Source of the DNA: Spironucleus salmonicida | Lineage: Eukaryota | Direction: 5' to 3' | Assembly: GCF_000497125.1 (NCBI RefSeq) | Contig: NC_090596.1 | Coordinates: 310,001 to 374,000, forward strand | Length of the DNA: 64,000 nucleotides | Part shown: positions 55,089 through 64,000 of the stretch, piece after piece | How positions within the stretch are numbered: the stretch's first letter is position 1 | How the letters are laid out: each line of letters opens with the position of its first letter | Position numbers and translations under genes: made by a program | The notes under the pieces: model-generated | Database searches by the model: none | The model's input: the letters and a program-made list of their open reading frames with translations, nothing else | Told to the model about the DNA's origin: nothing

Positions 55089-57167
55089 TCACTTAATATT
55101 AAATTATTTCATAATTTAATTGTACTCATTATACTCATCATGACTGAAATTTTTTAAGCGATCTTCTATAGCTATTAAAATCTAACCAGAGTTAATGTTT
55201 TCAGCTATATTTAAACAATTTTATATAGTTTAATTATTTGGTTCTCTATTAATTTTGTGTATATTATCTCTTAACAATTATAATAGTAAATTATGAAATG
55301 CGTTATGAAATGTAGCAATATTTTAACTTTTTAAAGATTATTGTAACTCTACTGTCTCTAATTATTGTGATTTAGTTAACAATGTAACTGATTTTTATAT
55401 TTAATCATTAATAAGATTATCTTTAACTTCAATATGTTGTTAATATTAATTATTCAACTTTTTCAAATAAAGATTTTCTGCTATTTAATCATTCAGCGCA
55501 AATTATAATGACTTAAATTATGTTTACTGCAGCTCTAGTTGTTATTTATAATTATCATATTTAGACTAGTTTATATCAAGTTGTTAAACTAATTTCTCCA
55601 CCTCCCTTTCTTTAACTTAAACATTAAGCATACTTTCAATTAATAAGTCTTCTGATGTTTTTAACTATAGTTTAAGTTCAAATATTTAATTTTATGATTA
55701 TTAATTTAGTAAGTCTATGACAGATTTTACCTGAGCCGTTTTGATGTCATTGGATTTCTAAATAATTCCTTATTATTATATATTCTCAGATTTGTCGAGA
55801 TTTTTGATATATTCTTATTTAACATCGATACTTTATACTTATTATAATGAATTTTCTTCAAAAATATTATCTATAAACTATAATTTCAATTCTAATTTTT
55901 ACTATAAATCTATAATTAATTAATCTTGTAATATACAAGTTTTCTCTTTATTTTCTAATTATAGCTATTTTTAACTCAAACTAAAAGAAATTTCAGAAAT
56001 CTTGGATTTATTATTAGACTATTCGACTAGCATTTTAGTGTTTCGTGTTTCCAATACTCTTTGTTAATCTTACAAAAACTGTTTTTCAATATTAAGTTAT
56101 TCATTCTTCAAAGTACATTAAATATATTAATTTTCTTTATTTTAATAAGTTTCAATTAATTATTAGTTAGCTGTAATTATTTATATATTTTGGTTTTATT
56201 CTTAGTTAACTTAATTCTTAAGCTAATCAATTTGATATTATAAATTTGTTATGAAAGAATTATCTTCTTTATCAAGAATAATACTTTAACTACATGATTC
56301 ATCTACTACCTATCGTTAATTATTAAAGGTCTCTATATCATTCAATTTATCTTGAAGTTCAGTTATTTATTTAATCTAAAATTCTACAATCTCATTTAAT
56401 TATTAAATTTCTATCTCAGGAATTATCTCGTTTTTTGATTATGATCTTAAAGCTAATAAATTTTATTCCACTTATTTATTCAATTATTACTACAGAGAAT
56501 GATTTTTTTCTATTAGTTACTCAATTTTAATATCTTATTAAGTATTCGTGTTCAATAAATTTGATTAAATCTATTAACTCTTTAACATATCATTTGTCTC
56601 AATCGTATTTTAAGTTAATTACCCCATTTACAAATGCTAAATTAACTGATCTTATTCGATTAGTTATTAATTTAACTGTTGAATGTGCAAATTTAATTAA
56701 GGATGTTCTTTTTAGTAGGATTGTACTAGCTATTGTAATTCGGTTATCCTACTGTCTTGGTCTTACTCTATATTTTGTATTTAAGATTATAGTAATTATG
56801 AATAATCTTTTTCTTATTTTAATTAGCTTTTTACTAATTCTACTTCTCTTTCATTTTTTAAATTAGAATCTTAACTCACATTAATATTATTATGTTAATA
56901 TTCATTAATTTTTGTGTGTTAGGAGTCTAAGCTCTAATTCTTTATCTATAATATTTAAATATCCCTATTTTATTCTTCCAACTCTTATTACTGCTAATTA
57001 CATTTTTGCAAAAGCATTTCTAATTATTCTACAGTTTTAGTAAGTTATTTTTATAAAATTGCAGCATCACCATGACGAAAGTGTTCTTTTGGAATTTTTG
57101 ATATGACAGCTGCAAATCTATTATCGATTTCCTAGGTGGATTAAGATAGTGACATTGAGTTCATCAT
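55089..57167 (-). CDS. Long Q/E/K-rich coiled-coil protein, 692 aa
   Basis: ATG in frame with AAG-TGA; heptad-like composition. Confidence 0.7.
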
Positions 57168-57541
57168 TAAAAATTTACTGATATAAATATTATATAGTTT
57201 TATAATTTTATTCAAAATACAAGTAATAATAATTTTAAGAAATACCAGTACTGAATACCGAGATTAGGTTTATACATTTAACTTATCAAGATATCTAAGT
57301 AATTAAATTGGTAGTGGCATATATTAATATACTTATTTAAAATTTCATATCGTTGAATAAATTCATTTTTTCATTAAGTTGAAGATTTAAATAATTTTAA
57401 TAATACACTATTTTGATGCATACTAAAAATTTTATGATCAATATCTTTATTTTTGATGAAATATTAATTTTATTTATCAAGAAAAATTATTTTAATAAAA
57501 CTTTAGTTCATTATATATAATGATTCTCATAAACCTTTAAA

Positions 57542-58012
57542 ATGCACTAAAACAGACCAATTTTCAGAAAGCTTTATAAGATGTTTAATGATGACCTAGG
57601 GTAAGATATTTCACCATCTCCTGCGAAATATACACCAAAACTTTAAAAAACAAGTTAAAATTATATTTTTCCACATTCTCCTTAAAGGCAAAATATTAAG
57701 TATTAAGCAACCTCACCATAAAGAAAACATACAGTATTTACTTAATCAAAACCATCACTATATTAAACAAATAAATCTATACCTACTAAATCGATTACCC
57801 CAGGGGCTACATATCAATAAACTAAAAAGTAAGTATAAAGAAAAATTTATGCATCAGATAGGTTTCCCGTGAAATATGAATACGCATTCACTCCAGGACC
57901 AGGAGATTACTAAGTTACTAGACCATGGATAGCCTCTGGACAAGCTTTTTCAGGCGATCGAGACAAAATTAATATAGATTGGCTAAAATACAACCCCACG
58001 TTTGATTTGTGA
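57542..58012 (+). CDS. PGP/SHIPPO-repeat (axonemal) protein, 156 aa
   Basis: SPSPAKY, TPGATY and TPGPGDY motifs. Confidence 0.7.
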
Positions 58013-58040
58013 TTTTTATTAACTATGTACAGTTTATTTT

Positions 58041-61000
58041 TCACTCACCAAATTTCAACCCAGAGTTATCGACAACAACTCTATTATCAATCTAAAGTTA
58101 TTCAATCATCTGATTAATAAGCTAAATATCAACCTTTTTCTAAAATTTTTCATTAGATTTGATTTTTTACAAGATGCAAATGAACAACTCGTTATAAATT
58201 TCTAAACTACTTTCTATTGAAAACTAATTCTTTAGTTACACTGATCCATTTTCCTAGATAATAGTGAAGAATTTTCGCTCCTCAATAGCCTTTTTCGATG
58301 AGTAATGGGGTGAGTCTTGATTCAAATAGCACCTAGCAGTTTTCGGCATTTATGGTGACATGATTAGCATCTACTGGGCTGAATTTATGGAGAGGACCTG
58401 GTCATCAGATTATTACATATCGTCAATTAGGATGTTAAACGGTTTTTTCAACCCTGGTAATATAGTAGGATCAGGTGATTATGACGATTCTAGAGATAGT
58501 TCTAATTGGAGTCGTAAGGAGGATTTTTTATGGCTTAAATTTGGTAGTGATTGCTTCAGCGATGGGGCAATTTCTAATTACTTGAGTTCCTTAAACGTTG
58601 GAGAAATTAGCTTGCTGGTAATATCATCAGTTTGATCAATGTCGAAAAATTCAGCATCAATTTAAACATCGTCTATTTATTATAGTTGGAATTAACTGGC
58701 TAACTTAAAGTCCATTGCTTGATCAAGATTGATAATTTTTTTCTGTAAGAATTATAGTAAATTTTGAACGTGATCAACTTTATTATAATGATTGATATAC
58801 ATTAGTTAAATAAGTCCGTATAACATTGGTGATGCTTTGAAATATGCCTTAATCGATACTGGTTAGGATTATACATAAGATGGAAGAGGATGATCACAAA
58901 TTAATAATACCAGATACATTTAGTTTTAGATAATTTGAAATGTGAAAAATGAATTAGAATAGTTTATTAATGGGTCAGATTCAAGTAACAATAATTGTTC
59001 TTTCGAATAACAATAATCATTAAAATAACGTTAGGTAGCCGCATCAATTTGAAGCTTAATTAGTTCTTATAGCAATTATTTTGACAACTAATGATTTTAT
59101 AATTAGTCAATTTCTTGTTCAATAAGAATTAATTATTTCATAGAAGCTACTGGAAAAGATGTTTATATGGAATCTAAATTATTAAGAGAAAGTGATTCAT
59201 CAAAATTCAATAATACATCAAAAATTTCTTATGTTTTTGTTTTCTATAATGCTAAATAAACACTAAGTTCACCATCTATCCTACCAAATCTTAAATTTGT
59301 AGAGAATTGTGCAAATTGTTCAAAATCTTGTATTTAATTTTAAATAAAAAAGTATCTTTATACTTTATCTTTTTTATCTCCAATTAATTCTAATTATTTA
59401 AACATAGATTAAATGATAAAAACGTTTTAATTTTAAAAATTAAGCAAAAATATTTATTCTGCTTCTTATAAATGTTTGATAATATCTCTAGTAGTATAAA
59501 ATGATTAGATGTTACTTGGTAGTTAAAATGGTTAAATATAAGGCATTATATGTTTAACCTTAACGAGTAATATATTGTAAATATATTACTAAATGTAAGA
59601 GCCGATTTATTTGTTATATTATTTTTATTAAAAGTAGGTTGATAATGCTATCTCATTTGTATTTTTAATTACTGATGCTAAATAAAATGCAGTATATATA
59701 TGTAAATATGCGGCTTATAATGATTTAATATGTGATACTGGCTGGTCAAAATTCCTAACTTGCGAGATAGTTAAAAATTAATCATCATCTGAGAAATTTT
59801 CTGGAGTAAGACCAATAATAGTCTATAGTGTTTCATAATGCATTTTAACAAAACCTGGGAAAAAATTTAAAGAATTAAGCAAAATTTATTATGCAGAAAT
59901 AATATGACTTTTATTAAGACATTATAACTTAGACTCAGATTGAATTAACTATATTGAATGTGTTAACACTGATTGAACATCAACTATAATTCTATCAATT
60001 TTTTCAGGTACAAGTAAACTCTGAACAACAATATTTTATCTTTAAAGATAACTTTCACTGAATTTTAGTTGTGATTGTATAAGATCCTGTAAATTTTAGG
60101 ATTATAGAATTAGTAACTATATTTAGTTAGCAAAATAATTTATTTTTTAATTATTATAATTTTTAACTGTAAAAGTATAAATTTAATTTTCAACCTCATA
60201 GTTATCTATCTGTTTATTTTATGCTTTTTAAATTAATAACAACTTAATGAAAATATCAGCAAAATTAGGACATTAATTGAAATATTTTAAAAGTAAAAAT
60301 GAAGCATTGATAATTTTTTATAATAGCATGCTATTTATCTTAAAATCAAATTATTTTTGTTAAAACCACTCAAAGATACAAATTTGAAATAGAATATTAG
60401 AAATTTTCTTAAGAATTGATGATATCATATCGTTAACAGTAGGACTAATTAATTTTGTTTCAAACAGTTTCATAAAAAGATCAATAATATTAATTAGTGA
60501 TTACTGCTATAACTAGCTGACAACTGACTGCATTCTATCTAAATATGTGTCGATGATAGTTAAATAATCAAATATAAAAGAATCAAAATATTAATTAAAT
60601 GCATTGATAAATAAAAATGAACATTTCTACTATTTTTCTTTGGCCGCAATTTCAGCTGGTCTTGTCTGTATAAGATAATCTTTTGATCTTTTATTATCAA
60701 ATTATATAATATTTTCTTAGAATGAATTATAGCTGAAATATAATTTTTTAACTGCATTATTATTACTTTACAAACTATAATTTAATCGATTTGAAACATT
60801 TTCTTCATTAATCAATGATGATAATTAACTGATATCAGTCAAAATTATTTCTAAATTAATTTAATTTGTTATTAGAATAATAACAGAAGGATTGTCTACA
60901 ACATTAATGTAATCGATATCTTCATCATCTTAAATAAAAATCCACGAAAAAAGTATTGTCATTATTTTAAATGAATATGTTGGCTTAGTTTTAATTTAAT

Positions 61001-63953
61001 TAATTTTAATGAATTTAATTAACTCTAATAAAACGTTAATAATGGTACCATTTATTTAGTCTTCTAGATCGTTTGTTATTATGTGTTTATACACAAGAAT
61101 AAAATAGGTATAGTAATATAAATTATCTAAAAATTTTTCTAATAAATCCTAGCTGATCTATTATCTTCTTGTATCAGCTTCAACTAAATTTGTTTAATAA
61201 TATAATCTAACCTTATTATATAGAACCTGATAATATTATTGCAATAATGTGATATAAAAATATTAATCATTTTTAACTTATGTATAATTTAATAAACTAA
61301 CAAATAAATTGAATATAAAATTGAATTTAACTATATTCCATGTAATAACTGATTCAAAGAAACACTCTAAGATTTAAACAGCATCATCATACTAATTTAA
61401 TGATTAATGAGTATACTAAAAAATAATAAAAGCTAGTTAATCTGATACTATGTTTCTATTATAAACGTAATTATCATTACTAACTTATATTCCTATTTCA
61501 AATAATGACCTTCTTATAACCTATAAAAACTAAATAATGCTAATATTATTTAAGTTCATATTTCGAGATCTAATCATATAATATAAAAAATTAATACCAA
61601 ATATAGTTGTCTGAGTATGTAAAAACTTCTTTTCTTATAAATACTTAAAATACTCCTTGTTTTAAATATTAAAAATATTAATTATTTTTTACTAGAATGT
61701 TTATAAAGCATCAGAAGAATAATGTTCAATTGTAGACCAGAATATAGTAATCAACTAAAAATAAAAAGGGTCGGTTTTAACATAACCCTCTTTAAGAATG
61801 TGAAAATCTGAAAAAATATCTTTTCCTAAAACTTCAAGATACGAATATTTTGCAGTTATTTAGGATGAAACCTCTTATATTTAATACAAATTGTTTTATT
61901 ATTTCGTAGATTTTGTTTAAATTCGATTGATTAATAACAAAATAATCCAAATGGTTTCCTTAAATATAATTGGATTATCCTCGTTAAATAATGATTCTAT
62001 TAGTACTTAAATATAAATAACAATATAATTTCTGAGAAGTAAAATTGGTTAACTAAAAAGCTATATTTACTCATCCTTATCAATATTTGAATCTGCAAAC
62101 ACCGATATACTACTTATGGAGTTGAAAATCGTTTTAATCATTTGTGATTCATGTTCATTATTAAAATAAAATGGGCTGATCTTATAATTATTGAAACTTA
62201 AAATTCCAGTGTATTTACTCTCAGATTACTACACAGATTTAAAACTATATAATATAAGTTCACATTATGAATTTTAAAGAAGAGAAAGAAGATCAGTTTG
62301 TGCGAAATATTGAGGAATTTATTCCAACTTATGATTAATTTCAAAAATAACAAACTCAACTTAATCAAAAACTGTAATAGAAAGTGGAATTAAAAACTAG
62401 AAATCATTGTAGAATTTATAATAAACTCTTGACTAAATGACTGATGTACAAACTTCGCTACTTAAATACTAGTTTGTATTTAAATTCTATGAAGAAATGA
62501 AGTTAAAATATGATATTTTTGTGTTTTATTACCTTTAACTGATTTATATTTTTATAAAGAGATTTTTATTATCTATATTAGGTAAATATATTTTCATTTT
62601 ATTAATAATAAGTTTATTTTAAACCTTATAATCATAAAAAAGATGATTTTTCTAATCTTATTCTTTTTAGTTTATTTTTTAAAAGATATAGACCTCCTTG
62701 AATATTTAATTATCTATTTTAAGACTATAAGTTGTATTATATGTAAAATATTCAACAACATGTTATTGCTTAATCTTAGTTTTTATAACAAATACTAAAC
62801 TTGACTAAAATTTCAATAATTAATCATTTGCTTCGTCATCAGAAATTTACTGAGTTTAATTTAGATAAACAATTTCTTTAATACTTTTAATTTAATTTTG
62901 AATAAATTTGTCATTGTTAACTAAGCAAGACTCATTATCATAAAATATTTCAGGATAACATTCTTGTGTGAGTATAATTTTGTTCATTTCTTATTTTCCC
63001 CAATTAAGATAGCTAAATCTTACTGTTAATAAAAATACATTAATATATTTATCAGAAGCTAACAATAAAGGAATTATTTAAGTTAAATCTTTTTTGAAAA
63101 GTTTGGGATACTTATACATCTTGCTTTCTGATACTTAATAAGTATTATATGGAGTAATAGTATAATTTAATTCTTTGAATAATGAATCTTATTGTTAATT
63201 GAAATACTCTGAATACTAATTTTGTATTATATTACTAGATGCCATACTTTAATTTATATCAATTACCCCTATTAGAAATGGAAACATAAGGTTTTAGCTA
63301 ATATTTTTGATAATATCTTTATTAAAAATATTATTTGACACTTTCTAACCTGTATAATATTAGATAGCTTTGTCTGTATCAGAAGAATATCGTTCTATAA
63401 TATAAACTATCTTCAACTTTGTCAAATCTGGTACTTTCATAAAGAAACACTTAAATGATTAATCTTAGATTAAATGAGTGAATTACTAAGGTATAATATC
63501 AGTTGTCATCATTTCACTTACAGGTAAGTATGTAATACTACCATTTTTATTTATTTCTTAATATAAACCTGCTATAATCCTCAACGGTTCTTCAATAAAT
63601 TTAAGCTTAGTATTAGAAACTAGTGTACTAAAATTTATAGCTATTATAGGTTCAACTTATTAAATAGGTATAGTTGGAATAAATCTAATAGGTTAACGAA
63701 TAAATTTATTTGCATAATACAATGAAGAGCCTTTTTCTAATCTTTATGGTGGTTTTATGAACTTGTATTGTAATTATTATGGAATTAAATACTATAAATG
63801 CTACGACAGATATGGTAATAAGTGCTTTAAAAATTATTGCCGTTGTTGGTCCTGAGGATTAAGAGATTTAACATCATTCTTAAGGAATTCCTGAATTTAC
63901 ACCAAAAATCTATGATTGCATGGGTCAAAAGGTCTAGTATAAAGTTACATCAT
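58041..63953 (-). CDS. Very large hypothetical protein, ~1970 aa (probably alpha-helical)
   Basis: ATG 63953 in frame with GAG-TGA at 58041; internal frame only spot-checked. Confidence 0.6.
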
Positions 63954-64000
63954 TTTTATATATACTTATAATATTATGAATTAATATGATTAGAAATCAA

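Overview
Gene-dense, very AT-rich eukaryotic DNA with no introns that I could detect. It reads cleanly only if TAA/TAG = Gln and TGA is the sole stop (translation table 6). With intergenic gaps of tens of bp and an AGTGA motif often fused to the stop codon, this points to a hexamitid diplomonad, most likely Spironucleus (inference). The supplied standard-code ORF track is therefore fragmentary. Re-reading by hand gives about 45 CDS: housekeeping genes (SDA1, RLP24, Tsr2-like, tRNase Z, PME-1, DPY-30, bromodomain+ET, TTLL, YggS/PLPBP, three kinases, FG nucleoporin), ubiquitin-system genes and many hypotheticals. The most striking structure is two pairs of mosaic paralogs. Two ~1,500-aa UBR-box/RING E3 ligase genes lie as a divergent inverted pair 18 kb apart and share three near-identical GC-rich tracts (672, 491, 464 bp) inside strongly diverged AT-rich sequence. 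Two tandem acyl-CoA synthetase genes share one apparently identical 837-bp GC-rich tract. One UBR copy also ends a co-oriented pseudo-E2 / E2 / E3 cassette. All coordinates and comparisons were made by hand; long ORFs were frame-checked at the ends and spot-checked internally.
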